This document shows positions 1-13,149 of a DNA stretch of 64,000 bases, piece after piece. The stretch spans positions 28,013 to 92,012 of the forward strand of contig NW_005434491.1 of NCBI RefSeq assembly GCF_000315625.1, given 5' to 3'. The stretch is from Guillardia theta CCMP2712 (taxonomy: Eukaryota; Protista; Cryptophyta). Numbering within the stretch: position 1 is the stretch's first letter; each line of letters opens with the position of its first letter. A program made the translations under genes and the position numbers. The notes under the pieces were generated by a model. The model did no database searches. It worked only from the letters and a program-made list of their open reading frames with translations, and was not told the DNA's origin.

Positions 1-3000
1 ACCCCACCCCTCTGAAGGAATGTAGTCTCTTGGCATATGAGCATAATTGCCAGTGCCCATCCCGAGTCCCGGGGGCCCGGCCCGCACTGAGGCCCCAGTG
101 ACGGTCATACCGCCGCGGCGGGCCCGGCAACTACAGACTCCGAGTGACTAGCCGTTGCGGACTCAGCCGGGGCCGGGACTAACTTGCCGTGACCGACTTG
201 CCGTGACCGCACTGACTATTGTGACAGTGCCCGGCACGGTGACGCGGCGCGGCTACCGTTCAGCCGCGTTGAAGGATCATCATCCGGCGGAACTTCAGGG
301 CGGCGCCGCCGAGTCCGACTGTGACTCAGCGGCGACATTTAGGGCCCTTGGCCCGTGGGGCCCCGGGGGCGATCACTCCTGGTACGCCGGGTCGGACCTC
401 AGGCTGGCCTTGTGACTGCCACTGAACTTCGGCCGGTAGCCCCCGCACCTAGTAGTCAGAGATTCACAGTAACTTTTCAATCTTCAAAAGCCTTTTCAAA
501 AGTTCAGCATTAGGCTTGTTGATCCGATCTTTACTCAACTTAGGTAGTCAGTGTCATTGAGTCATATGCCTGCTGGGCTAGTAGTGTGAGTATCATGCTC
601 GGAGTCCTTCACGGAGTTAGCCGAGCCTGCCGCTTCCTCGCCTACAGTCACGCGGCGGCCGCGGGGGGGCCTCAGCTCATGCAAACCACTTGCTGGCCTG
701 CCACGGTCGATCAAGAGAAGAAGAGAGAGCAAGGCCCGTCAGATTAGAAGAGGAGAGGAGGAAGAGGAGAGGAGAGGAGGGAGAAAGGAAGAGAGGGAGG
801 GCTGTTAAGAACCGGTAGCTCGAAGGGGGGCGAGGCATCCTTGTTCTGTCAGCTGAAGTCAAGACTACAGTGGCGCAAGCGAGAGGAGGAGGAGGAGGAC
901 GAGGAGCAGAGGCCCGGAGGAGGAGAAGCAAGGAGGAGGAGGAGGGGGGTGAAACCTTCATCTTAGACTTGAGGATGTGCTGAGGTAGATGCTCAAGGAC
1001 GGTCTCTGTGATGACAATGGACATGAGCGAGTGAGCCATCGTTGAGTTGCTCCTCCTCCTCCCTCTTTCCCCTCCTCCTCCCTCTTGCCCCTCCTCCGCC
1101 TCTTCCCCCTCCACTCCACTCCTCTCTCCTCTCCTCCCCTCTCTCTCCCCATCCGCTCCTCGCTTTTCCTCTCGCTTCTCCTTACCTGCAAGTTTGCTGC
1201 CCTTGGATGACCCGTCGCACTCTTCGTACGAGGCAAACTGAGAGGGGGAATTTGAGGACGCAGGAGGAGACGAGGAAGACGGAGGAGGAGCAGGAGGAGG
1301 GAGATGGGGAGGAGGGGGAGGGGGAGGTTGAGGAAATTCGGTGGAGGTGGAAGAGGCGCAGGAGGGGGCAGCATATGCCCTTCTACATCCGCCATCCTCT
1401 AGTCTAGATGTAGGTGACTCCGAATGGATCCTATCTCTTGATCATGGTCACCTGAGCTTGCGTAACCCGTCGCCTATCTTCACTCGAAGGATTCCTATGG
1501 GGAGTTTTGATACTTCCTGTCACGGTGGATNNNNNNNNNNNNNNNNNNNNNNNNNNNNNNNNNNNNNNNNNNNNNNNNNNNNNNNNNNNNNNNNNNNNNN
1601 NNNNNNNNNNNNNNNNNNNNNNNNNNNNNNNNNNNNNNNNNNNNNNNNNNNNNNNNNNNNNNNNNNNNNNNNNNNNNNNNNNNNNNNNNNNNNNNNNNNN
1701 NNNNNNNNNNNNNNNNNNNNNNNNNNNNNNNNNNNNNNNNNNNNNNNNNNNNNNNNNNNNNNNNNNNNNNNNNNNNNNNNNNNNNNNNNNNNNNNNNNNN
1801 NNNNNNNNCTTCTTGAGACCTTCGAGTCCTTGAACAGCAAACTAATGGAGGTGTTAGGAAAGCTCCTCCTCCTCCTCCACCTCCTCCTCCCTTTCATGCT
1901 CCCTGCTCTTTTCGATCTAAATTTCCTCTTGACTACCCTCTTCTTCCCCTTTCCTTTCTCATCTCCTCCTTTCTGCTGTCCTCCGTCCTTGAGCCGTCCA
2001 CCGCCCCCATCCCCCCAGAAGTTCTCCCCGCTCCCCCTCCATCGTTCTTGTCCTTCTCCTCCCGCTCTCTCTGTCTCCGTCCCCCATTGATTCTTCGCTT
2101 CTTCTCCCTCCACCTCTCTTCACCTCCTCCGTTCCGAGCATTGAGAAGCATTGAGAAACATCTGCAGGACCAGCATCTCAGCCGCCTGCAGCCTCCGCGT
2201 CATCCTTCACCTTTGCTGTCCTTTCTCTTCCCTCCGAACCCCATCGCCTCCACCTGCCGATACTTCAGGCACTTTCATGAGGAGGAGAAAGCCTCACCGT
2301 CTGTCCGCGCGAAAATGGCAGGAGGATGTTGAGCACTGCAGGAGGGCACAATTCAGCTGCTCTCCTCCTTCCCGCTTCTCCTTTTCCTCCCTTGTTATCC
2401 TTTCTCTCCCTCCTCCTACCTGAATTCAGAGTGCGCCAGTACGGATTATTGAGAGGCTGAGCAGAGTAATGAAGCGAACTCTCGTCTGCTCAAGGAGATC
2501 ACCACCTTCGCTTCCTCCTTTATCCTAGCCGTTCGTTTCTCTTTCCTCTCTCCTTACCTTCATGCTTCTTGTTCGAAGACGTGAAGTCGACGGCGACCGC
2601 GAGCTTCGGGGCATCAGAGGAGAAGGCAAGAAGAGGCGAGAGTCACCCGGAGTTCGCAGTCCTTATGGAGGAAGGAGAGGAACGAAGCATTCTGAAAGAA
2701 GTGATGTGAGAGAAAGAGGAGCTGAGAAGGGGGGGGGGTGGAGCGGAAGGTGCGCTGGAGGTGGAGGGTTCAAGAGAGGGACCTTAGGGTTTGGTGCAGG
2801 AGCTTTCTGCAAGGGAGCAGCTTGAGGTTTCCTGTCTGGAAGGAAAAGTAAAACAAGAGGAGGAGAAGAAAATCATCGACCCTCCGCATTCTCCTTCGTC
2901 TGCCAACTCCATTCAGCACCATCTCCTTCTCTTCTCCTCATCTACCTCCTTTGACGTTGAGAGCTTCACGGGCTCAGGCTTAGCGGGAGCAGCTTGCTTC

Positions 3001-3068
3001 ACGGGCTCAGGTTTGGCTTGCATGGTAGTGACCTAGAGGTTTCGAAACATGTTCAGTTCTCGCCGATC

Positions 3069-4260
3069 AAGCAGAAGGAGCGACCGGCGGAGCAGCAGGC
3101 GCAGGCGCAGGCGCAGGCGCAGGCGCAGGCGCAGGCGCAGGCGCAGGAGCAGGAGCAGGCTTATGCTGCTGAGCTGCTTGTGCTGGCACTCTGATAGGTT
3201 GAATGACCGGTTGCTCCTCCTCGATCTGTACGGATGGTAAGCTTCTCATGGATTTCAAAGAGTTTGAACAACTGTAGCAGCAGGAACAGCCGGCTTGCTC
3301 ACTCCTGCTCCAGAACATCATGACAGAAAACAAACCCTGGTCCCAACCTGTCTTGTTCACCGCTGAAGGAACAGCCGCAGCCTGCTGGGGAGCTGCTGGG
3401 GAGCCGCTGATCCCTTTTTCCAACAGGTCAAATGCAGTCGATGACCAAACCCTCTACGCATATCTTTCTGCAACTAGCACCTGTAGACGAGGAGCTGCTG
3501 CTGCCGGTGGTTGTTGTTGTGCTTGTGCTTGTGGCAGCAGCGGAGGAGGAGGAGGAGGAGGAATCTCCCCAGACAGTTCCCAAGGGAAGACCGAACGCCC
3601 TGCACATCTCTGCACTCAAGGGCTGTCCGGGAGCGCCAGGCTGAAGGCTCTGCTAGACGGTGGAGGTGTCAGATGGTAACGACGCTTGCTCTCTTCACCA
3701 TGGGATAGCTGGGAGCAGGCTGGGCTTGGGGAGGCGCCCGCAAGGTCTGCTGCTGATATCCAGCTGGATCCTGACACGGTGTTAATCTCTTACTCTCCTC
3801 CCTCAGACGAGTCAAGACCATAGCGACTGCAGGTGCTGCCGCGTACTGCAGCGACGACGGGAACGCCATCGACTGGAAACCGACCGCAGAGATCTGAGCT
3901 TGAGCTGGGGTAGTCTGGTAGATCTGAGTTGGGGTAGTCTGGTAGATCTGAGCTGGGGAGGGCTGGTAGATCTGAGCTGGGGAGGGCTGGTAGATCTGAG
4001 CTGGTGTAGTTTGGTAGATCTGAGCTGGGGTAGTTTGGTAGATCTGAGCTGGGAAGGGCTGGTAGTACTGGGGCAGATACTGGGGTTGACCGGCCCCCAT
4101 CGGCTGCGAGTTGTAGGGGAAGGACATCTGCCAATCGGATGCGATCAGAAACATCATTTTCATTGTATTCCTTGTCAAGTTCGTGACAACGGGATCTCGT
4201 GCTGATCAATTCAAAATAAACAAGGAGCAGTACTGATACTGTTTGACTGGCATCTTGTTT
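3069..4260 (-). CDS. Hypothetical low-complexity (Q/P/A-rich) protein, multi-exon; may continue through further exons toward ~680
   Basis: Minus ORFs with (PAQIYQTT/PS)n and (AP)n runs; minus-strand splice donors seen as 'cttac/ctac' on plus; no recognisable domain; boundaries approximate. Confidence 0.35.
3889..4056. repeat. 24-bp tandem repeat encoding PAQIYQ(T/P)(T/S) on the minus strand
   Basis: agctggggtagtctggtagatctg-like unit, about 6-7 copies. Confidence 0.85.
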
Positions 4261-4427
4261 CATAATGTGCCCCTACACTTATCTTTGATACTTCTGATTT
4301 CTACCACTTCCTACCAATCCTCTACTCATTCAGCGAGACCCTCCATCGAATCAAGTTACTTCTCGTCTTCCGACGCAACCTCCTCAGGCTTTATTCCAAT
4401 TTCCCTATCGTGGCCCTCTCCTCTTTA

Positions 4428-4510
4428 TCTCTCCTGCTCTCTCCTGCTCTCTCCTGCTCTCTCCTGCTCTCTCCTGCTCTCTCCTGCTCTCTCCAGCCCT
4501 GCTCTCTCCT
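4428..4510. repeat. 10-bp minisatellite (ctctcctgct)n
   Basis: Direct inspection. Confidence 0.9.
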
Positions 4511-5703
4511 GCGGCTCTCCTTCTCTTCATTGGCCATATCACGCTGCGGATCCGATCGCGTGAGTCATCTTTTTTCTGACCAGGACGGTAATAGAGGGTA
4601 GGGGTACTCATCTTTTCAAATGTTTGTAGGCTGACGGGGGTTGGTGACTTAACATGGGGTAGTCAGCGTTTCAAGCAGGGGTACATGTTGAACCCCACCA
4701 TCCCCGGTGAAACGGTCAAGGCCAGGGTAGTAGGGGTAGGGTGGGTCTAAAAGGGGTGGAGGTAGGATTTGAATCTTGTGAGGCTTGCCCGACTTCAGTT
4801 GCCGGAAGTTCCGGAGTCCGACAGCCTCGGACCGGCGGGCCCGACCGTCCGACGGTCGGACCGTCCGCCGAAACTTGGTGACCGTTGTTAGTCCCGGGCC
4901 CCGCCGCCCCGGTCGCCGGCCGGGGCGGCCGGGGCGACCGTACGCCGCGGCGGCCCCCGGAGACGGTCACGGTGGCCCCTGCCGGGCGGCGGCATCGTCA
5001 CTGCCCCGGCGGCGCGGCCGGGCTAGACTAACTAGTTGCGGTCGGATCGGATGATCATGGGGCCGCTGAGTCGTGACTCAGGCTGTCACTGGATGCGGCA
5101 GGTGCCACCCCAAGCCTCCTCGACTCTCCTGATTGTCCTCGAACTGATTTTTACCTTAACTTTGAGTAAAGAAAGGGCACCCCGGCACCCTGCCCGCCCG
5201 GCCGGTCACCCGGCGGCCCGTGACCGGGTCACTGAGAGTGTCCGGCGGCGATACGTCCTGTGTTGTGACTATTCGCGGTAGAGGTGTTTTATTTCCAATT
5301 AATTTTTGAATTTTCATAAAATTTGTATAATTGATACACTATATTATGAAGTCAAATCGAATTGTTTAAAATAATAGTTCCATATTTGGAAATATTTTTG
5401 TTACAAATTCACCCTTATCGGCTTTTTGAGGCCGTACCGTCCCGTTCATGTTTCGAATGGATACCAGGGGAACACTTCAGGGCCAGGCAATCATGGTACA
5501 AGAGAAGGAGCAGGGGGGAGAGGGAGGCAGGAGCAGGAGGGAGGAGAGGGAGGGAGGAGAGGGAGGGAGGAGAGGGAGGGAGGAGCAGGAGCAATAGTAG
5601 GAGCAGGAGCAACAGGAAGAGCAGGAGGAGGATACTCCAACGTTAAGATTGTCATGTGCGAGGCATGTCTGTCTGTCACTTACTTAGTTGTTGCATCATC
5701 CAG

Positions 5704-8110
5704 ATGCAGGTCGCAACATTGTTCGCCTTTGCTCTGCTCGTCACCGTCGAATCTTTCCATGGTGTTGGCAAGCAGCCTGTCTTTCTCAAAACTGCGAATG
5801 GTTTAGTGCGACGTCACACTTCTGCATTCACAATGTCGGGAGCAACAAAATCGAGCTTTGAAGAAGGCAACCTTGGCGATGACTTGCGAAGAATCACAAG
5901 AAGAGTCGCCAAGGGAGGGAAGGATACAAAGCAGCTCGTGTTGGACATGGTTCTTAGGTGAATCAAAGCGGAAAGAACGAATGAGACTGACACAAGTAAC
6001 CAGCAATAAAGCATTGGACAACGGGGAATATCCGGTTTTACCATGTTGAATGCTAAGAGCGGCCTTGACTATGTGTATTTCAAGGTTGATGTGTCCTATC
6101 GAAGCTTCAAACAACAAGTTGATGACATGTTGACCGAGACCTCGACTTCGGGCAAGGTTCTCCTGTACTGGACTCCTTTTATGCCTACCTGACTCGCTGG
6201 ATACTGTTTTTAGGGAAGAAGAGGCGAGAAGCGTATTCTAGGGATGGATCGTTCGACATTCCTGAAAGCAGGGATGGGACTTTTTGCTGCTTTTTTGGTT
6301 GATAAGGCAATTCATCGTTATCAGGAGGTAAAGCATCTGAAATGAAGTCCACAAGTCCCTCACGCACTTTTCAGGTCAAACAGCATGACAGCGAAGTAAA
6401 GTCAAAGTTGCTGGATCACCGAAAGAAATGGGTTTCCTCTTTACTTGTACCTTTCTTGCGTTCTCATCGTCTTGTAGATCTCTGGAAGGCTGCGGGAGCA
6501 GATGAACCAACGACGAGCAGAGGCCCTTCAAAATCTTGGAGAGACTCGGGGACCAAACGTACAGTTTCTCCTTCTTCACCGGGGCCAGTTCTCAACCTTT
6601 CACACAGATTGTGTCGAACGTCGGTACCGCCGTGCGAACGGCTGGTGGAATTATTCTCACTGTTGCAACGGGGACCGTGCAGGTTTGTATTGAACGACGA
6701 GAAGAGCTTATTTCAACGATGTTTTAGGCGATCAGTCTGACTATCTCAATTGCAACTTTCTGTGTGAAAGGTGTTCAGACTGCTGCAAGTACAAGTGTTG
6801 AGGTGTGTGCAGCTTTGTGTGATAGTCAGACTATTAACCCTGGTCAAGGCTTTCAGACTTGTCGCTTCGTTTGTTCACTCAGCCATTGAGGTCTTTGCCC
6901 TTGATTCTTTCTCACTCAACTCATCGCGCCCAGGTCTCGACCCCTGTGGCACAAGTGGCAATTGAGCAAGGAGCAAAGATCGCACAACCTGCCATAGAAA
7001 GAGCCACTCCTTATGTGGAAGAGGTTGATCTGAACCCACTCTTCTCGCGCCTAACTGCCTATGCTCTACACACAGGCCGTTGAGAAATCTATTACCCTCG
7101 TTGAAGATCTTCAGCAGCAGGAAGCACATATGTTTCTTGTTAAAAATCATCTCTGATGTAAGTTGTACAGGTCGTGTCCCATCAGGGAGAAATCGAAAAT
7201 CTTCTCCAGCCCGTGGTGAAGCCGACCCTGTCTGTAGCGGAGGTTGCTGTGCTCCTAAGGTCTCTTCCTTCCGGCTTATGTACCTTGCAGAGTGGAATTA
7301 AGACAATCTCGTCTCAAATGAGCCTTGCGACTGAGTCAGTGCAGCCCCTTGTCTCGCAATCACAAAAAGTTGCTGTTGATATTGTGAGAACCGAACTGTT
7401 TGCTGCATGCTCTCCCCTGACCGTATTCCTATCCGTCAAGAGTAATCAGGGCAGCCGTGCCATGAACGAGCTCAATTCCAACCTGAGGTAGTTCACTTCC
7501 ACCATGCCCCGCCTGTTCTGACAGCCTGTAGACCGACTGTTGACTTGCTCACCGAGTATTCAAGGCCGTTAGTTCCTGTGTTTGAGGTGCCGCCCTTCCC
7601 TTCAATGTTCCCTTCCTGTATCTTCTCTTCCTGCTGTAGCCTTTGATCAGCTCTCCTCATGTTACCTTGTCTGTTCCTCTGGCACGACAAGTTTATCTGC
7701 ACCTCTCGTAGGTGTTGAAGGGCTTCGTTCTCGGAACTTTCTTCCTGACAGCATCAGTCGTCTCCACCTTGTCGCAGGTGCGACTTGTACTGGTCATTCT
7801 CCCACCTCAAGCAGGATTAGGATGGAATGGAAGGGCTCAAAGCACAGACAATGAGCGGCATGAGCGACATGGTGCATCAAGCAGCAGAAGCAGGTCTCAT
7901 CTTCATCTCCCTCCCTTCTCTCATCTTCATCTCCCTTGCTTCTCTCATCTTCATCTCCCTCTCTTCTCTCATTTTCATCTCCCTCTCTTCTCTCATCTTC
8001 ATCTCCCTTGCTTCTCTCATCTTCATCTCCCTTTCTTCTCTCATCTCCTTCAGGTGCGCAAGTCGGCCGAGCAGCCTTGGACGCTGGGATTGATGCTGCC
8101 GGTGAGTCAA
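5704..8110 (+). CDS. Hypothetical multi-exon protein with signal peptide + Phe (probable bipartite plastid-targeting presequence)
   Basis: MQVATLFAFALLVTVES-FHGVG N-terminus followed by a basic/Ser-Thr stretch; many short GT..AG introns; hydrophobic segment near 7710-7780; 3' end uncertain and could be two genes. Confidence 0.4.
7895..8050. repeat. 27-bp intronic tandem repeat (tctcatcttcatctccctctcttc-like), about 6 copies
   Basis: Lies between 'gcag|gtctc' and 'ttcag|' splice-like ends. Confidence 0.8.
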
Positions 8111-8169
8111 AACCTCGCCTCTCCTAGTTCCAAACTAAATTTCTCGAATAGGACAAGCAATCAACGAAG

Positions 8170-9320
8170 CGATGAAAAGCGAAAACGTTCGTTCATGAGT
8201 TTTGACCTCCAACTCTTGCAGCTGCTCTCCTTGATGCTTCTCCTTCCATCCCTCATTTTCCTTGCATTCTTTGCGGCTCATTGAGCTTCTAGGTGCACGA
8301 GATCACATCGAAATCGAATGCGCTCCTGACTGACCTTGAAACCTATCAAAAGGTCGCTTCATCCTCAGGCCTGCAATGGGATGGATTGTTATCTGACGTG
8401 CTGCCTTTTAGAACGTCATGGCTAGTGTTGAGCACTCGTTGCACGAGATTCGGGAGGTCCCTCAGAACATGGTGAAACAAGTTCAAATTCCTTCTGTGCA
8501 GGTGAAAAGAAAGGCTCAATGGATGTCCTTCGATTGACCCTTGCCGGCAGGACCTTGCTTCCATGTTGCAAAGGCAGGTTGCACCGAGTCACTCTGTCAA
8601 CGCCTTCATTGACTCTTCCGCGGTCTGCAACTTGAAGTTCTTGAGATTTCGTTCACATGGGTGTAGAGCGTGAAGGACAATTTCCCTATGGAGACGCTCA
8701 ACATGCTGAACAACATCGACAAGGTTATGAAGGGGATCGAAGCGAAAGGAATGACATGCAAGAACAGGCTCCAGAATGAAGATTTTTTCTGACATGGCAA
8801 AGCATCCATACAATTTTGTATTCTAACTCCTCTTGGACTGATACAGCTTGAAACATTCCTCACGTCTCAATCTGTGAACTGTCTGCTCACAATACAGCAG
8901 TAGACATGTTTTGTACTTGCGCCTCAACGATACAACCTGCTCGAAGAAAGTCTCCGCCTGCTGCTCATCCTTCATCCTTCATCTATGCATGGGAGCGCAT
9001 GTCTCCTCCTAAGATCACGCCAGGAGCGATGACGTTGACATTCAGCTATTCGCTCATGTCCTCCACGTCGACAACTTTGATATCGTCTGCTCGAAAGAGA
9101 GAGACACCACGGATGAAGGAGACCCGTGATATGTCATCGGTTTCTGAAGAGTCTTTGAATGCCTCGCCAAACACTTGCTCGCAGCTTCCTTCGCCCCCAG
9201 ACCGCCTTCCCTGCTCCTAGCTTGCCGCCATGATGCGCCTGAAGGCACCTGAAGGCAGCCTGAAGCCTGCTGAGCCTGCAGCTGAGCCTGGTGAGTCTCT
9301 GACCATGATGCCTGCAAACC
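8170..9320 (-). CDS. Hypothetical multi-exon protein
   Basis: Series of short coding-like minus ORFs separated by splice-like sites; no domain recognised. Confidence 0.3.
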
Positions 9321-10459
9321 CGGCGCTGCCTGGGATTATTATTTTAACACTGAACCTAAACCGCAACCTAAACCCTGTAAAACCCTAACAAAAACTCATG
9401 TCATAGGTATCGCATGGCTTGAGCATGGTGGTGCAGATGTGTATGAGCGTGTGCCTGCAGGTAGATAGCTGCTTGTTTCACATGCTTATCCTGTTCATGC
9501 TTGCAAAAGCTGTTTGCTCATCCATTCGTATTGCTCTTTAATTGTTGTCATCCTGTCAAGGTGGCAGTATCAATGCTTTCATGATTGACCTCTCAAGAAT
9601 CACCGGGATCATACAATGTGGATGAGATGAAACTTGAATATCATGCTTGCTCTGATTCTCACCACCTGATATCTGCCAACAGGCTGCTCGGGCGACAAAC
9701 TTCTTCAGATCCATCAACTTCATCAGGAGTTGTCGTAGTGCTGAATGACTCCCAACACCACAGAACTCAACAGCCAAGAACCGCCCAGTTTGAATGTGCG
9801 CCGGATGGCGAGATTTCTTGATTGAGACACTCCGAAATGAGCAGCCAGTCAGGGAAATCGACACAAGCTGACCAGGACAAGAATGTTGTGAAGGAGAACG
9901 GCGTTACCTCCTGTAGCGTAACTTCTCCAAGTGATACCAAGGAGGGGGAGTCACTGATAAGCTCCAACGAAAGAGCAGAAGATTTGAGCACTGGAAATGA
10001 TGCACTAGAGGGTGACCACAGGGTTTGTTTGCATCTTGCTCCTCGCTGACACTGACGCCTCCTCGGACTGCCAGGAAGCTACTGCTAGTGATGAACTGCC
10101 CAGCATTCGTAAGTGAAATCGTCTCTGACGGCAGCGTCTCAACTTGCTGCAGAGCCTGCAGCGGACGAGCACGTCAAAGCGTCGACATGTCAAAGCTTGA
10201 CTGCTGTTCATTCGCCGTCGACTCTGCGGGATGCTCACCTCGAGCAGCGACAAGACACTCCCAGCAGGCCCTCCGCTCCTCATCCTCAGGCATTCCCTCG
10301 TTCGTCTCTCTCTTTTCGCTAAGGCCCGACAGTCTTCGCCGTCTAAGAAACAAGAAGCTCTGCGTCATCCCGGGGAACAGCTCTCTAAGCCCACTCGCTG
10401 GGACACTCACTCGTGGCTGCCGCTGCTCCCTGCGTCAGGGCTGATCTGCTATCACGGAC

Positions 10460-13135
10460 ATGATGTGCTGGGCTTCAAGATGGAGCCTTCCCACAGAGAC
10501 CGCCTCCTCCAGGTCCGCTCTCTCCTCCATATCAGTGCCGCGAGCGTTGAATCATGATTGCCTGTTGCAGTGGTCTGAGGGCTACATGGAGACTGTGGCG
10601 CAGCAACGCGTTCGCTGGATGTCTTTCCTAGGTTGTCATACAGGTAGATGCTGCTGATGCCACAAGTCGTCGGGTGAAAGTGTTGAGTGACTTCAATGGA
10701 AGGGATATTGGATGATGCGATGAGAAATCGCCTAAAGCTTCTCGTTCGGCTGGGAGTCCCTCCCGAGCTCAGGTCCTCCTCTCCTTGTCCTTTGCGTCTG
10801 CTTGTCCTCTCGCAGGATCTGCTGCTGACGCCTCAAGCTTCAGGCATCGAGTGTGGCGGCTGACGACAGGGTCGTTTGCAAAGCAGAGAAAAGCAGCAGG
10901 TGAAGCTTGCGAGGGGCAGGGATGTGGTCACTATGTAAGCAGTGACGTACGACGAGCTGCTGCGGAGGTACGAGGGTGTGAAGTCGCCCTTCGACGATCA
11001 GATCACCAAAGATCTCAAGCGGACGCTGCCGAATCATGACAGGTACATGCCTGATGAACAGATGAATGTGTAAATAGATGAGTAGATGAATGTGTAAATA
11101 GATGAGTAGATGAATGTGTAAATAGATGTGTAGATGGATGTGTAAATAGATGAGTAGATGAATGTATGTATGAATGTGTGTATGTGGGGGAGACGAGTCG
11201 GTTTGTACACAAGCAGTGGAAGGAACCCAAAGCTTGAAAGATGAGTCATTTGCGCAGGTACAAGACCGATGAAGCACAAAGCGCGCTTGGGAGAGTCTTA
11301 CGCGCGTACTCGCTATGGCATCCCACCATCGGATATTGTCAGGGGATGAATTTCGTATGTGCGATCCTCTTGCTCATCATGGCAGAAGAAGATGCATTCT
11401 GGTTGCTGGCTGCAATAGTCGAAGACGTTCTGCCTGGGTTCTACCATCCATCCTTGATCGGAGTGAACACAGATACGCACACACTACTCGATCTCGTGGC
11501 GATCAAACTGCCGGATGTCTGGCAGAGCCTTCAGACGCTGCGGTTGGACCGTGAGTCTCTCTGCTCAGTCTTTGTCTCTTGGTTCATGTGCCTCTTCAAC
11601 CAGCTCCCCAGTGAGAGCATGCTTCGAGCTTGGGACCTGCTTCTCTTCGAGGGCTCCAAGACTCTGTTCCGGATCTCTCTCGCCCTCCTCAAGCTCTACT
11701 CCAAGCAGCTGTCGGACCTGGCGACCGCAGTCGAGCAGGGTCTCATCCCTCACGATACCGCAGGACACGAGGCGCTCAAAGTGATGAGGGGGATGCCGAG
11801 CAACGCCATCGACAGCAACGAGCTGATCATGACGGCAGCAGGAGGGCTGGGAAGCATGCCTAAGACGATGCTCTACAAGCTGAGAATGCATAACTCAAGG
11901 AGAGTGCTGTCAGGGGGCAACCTAGAGGAAGTCTTCGTGAAGCAGTCAGAGGCGCTCCTGACCCTGCGCGGGCGGGAAGAGGAGAACACTCGCAAGTGCC
12001 TGATCACCTCCAACGGAGGGAGGAACGTGTGGAGCGGAGACGACTCGGGGAACGTCGGAGTTTGGGATTCGCAGACAGGATGCTGTATCAAGAGGATGCA
12101 AACTCCTTCTCGGCGTCGCGTCTGCTCCATGGCTGTGTCAGGGCTCAACGGGGAGGGCCACGTGTGGGTGGGTTGCCAAGGAGGCTCGATCTGCACCTTC
12201 GACACCAGGACCCTCGAGCTCTGGAGCCTCTTGCCCGGTCACACGCAGGATGTGCTTGCAATCGCGCGGGTGGGAAACTCTATGTGGACAGCAGCTGGAC
12301 ATATCGTGTGGGTGTGGGAGAACTGCGAGACATCGGACCCCCACGTTTCCAAGGAGCTCAACTGCATCGGGAAGGATATTCTCTCACTCCTCTCCTCGTC
12401 CTCCGGCGCCTTTGTCTTCTGCGGCTCGATCGCTGGGTTTGTGGTGCTGGATGCCAAGAGCGGGGAGACGATCATCGTGGGGAGCGTGGACGAGGGGATC
12501 ACGGACGTGGTGGAAGTCGCGTGTCCTCAGGGCCATCTCAGCGACAAGAAAGTCGCTCATCGAGGAGCTGAAATCTGGTGCATCCATGGAAACTCCGTGC
12601 TGGGTTGTTGGGATGCGGCGACGTTCTCGAGTGCACAATGCAAGCACGTGGGGAAGGCAAGGACGACTGCATGGCAGCAGGAGGCTGAAACTTGTTGTGC
12701 AGGGGGATGTGTGCGGGCTTGTCGCGCTTCCCAACGGAGAAGTTTGGTCGGGAAGCAGCGATGGGAGAATCTGCGTGTGGAGCAGCAAGAGCAAGCGAGT
12801 CATTCGCGCTCTCGGATCCCAGTGTGAGCCCGTGAGTTCTATGGTGGCAGTTGCCAACGACCTGCTCGGCGTCCTCACGGTAGCGACTCCTCATCCTCTC
12901 CTCCATGACGTCGCGCAGGTTTGGGTGGCGCATTACGATGGGAGCGTGTCCGTGTGGATTGCTTCTGACCTATCGAGCGAGAGCATCGAGCGAGCAAACG
13001 TGAGTCAACCTGCCGCCTCAGAGTGACGACTGAGCGCGTATCAGCACTCGAGGTATGAATGGCGCGCGCAAGAGGAGAACATCGCTCAGATTCGGCACGC
13101 GAGCGAGCTGAGGGGAACGGAGGAGGAGGGGGCAA
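10460..13135 (+). CDS. TBC (Rab-GAP) domain protein with C-terminal WD40-like propeller; further 5' exons probably extend to ~9400
   Basis: LVRLGVPPELR, RVW, QITKDLKRT (Arg finger), GYCQGMNF (Gln finger), EEDAFW, LRAWDLLLFEG; WD-like VWSGDDSGNVGVWD, VWSGSSDGRICVW; introns such as ~11043-11257. Confidence 0.85.
11060..11170. repeat. 24-bp intronic tandem repeat (tagatgaatgtgtaaatagatgag)
   Basis: About 4 copies inside a TBC gene intron. Confidence 0.8.
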
Positions 13136-13149
13136 GGTAAGGTTGTCCT

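Noticed and set aside
677-2950. Many overlapping low-complexity ORFs
   Set aside because: Derived from CT/GA-rich intron-like sequence and an N gap; a gene may be present but no model could be supported
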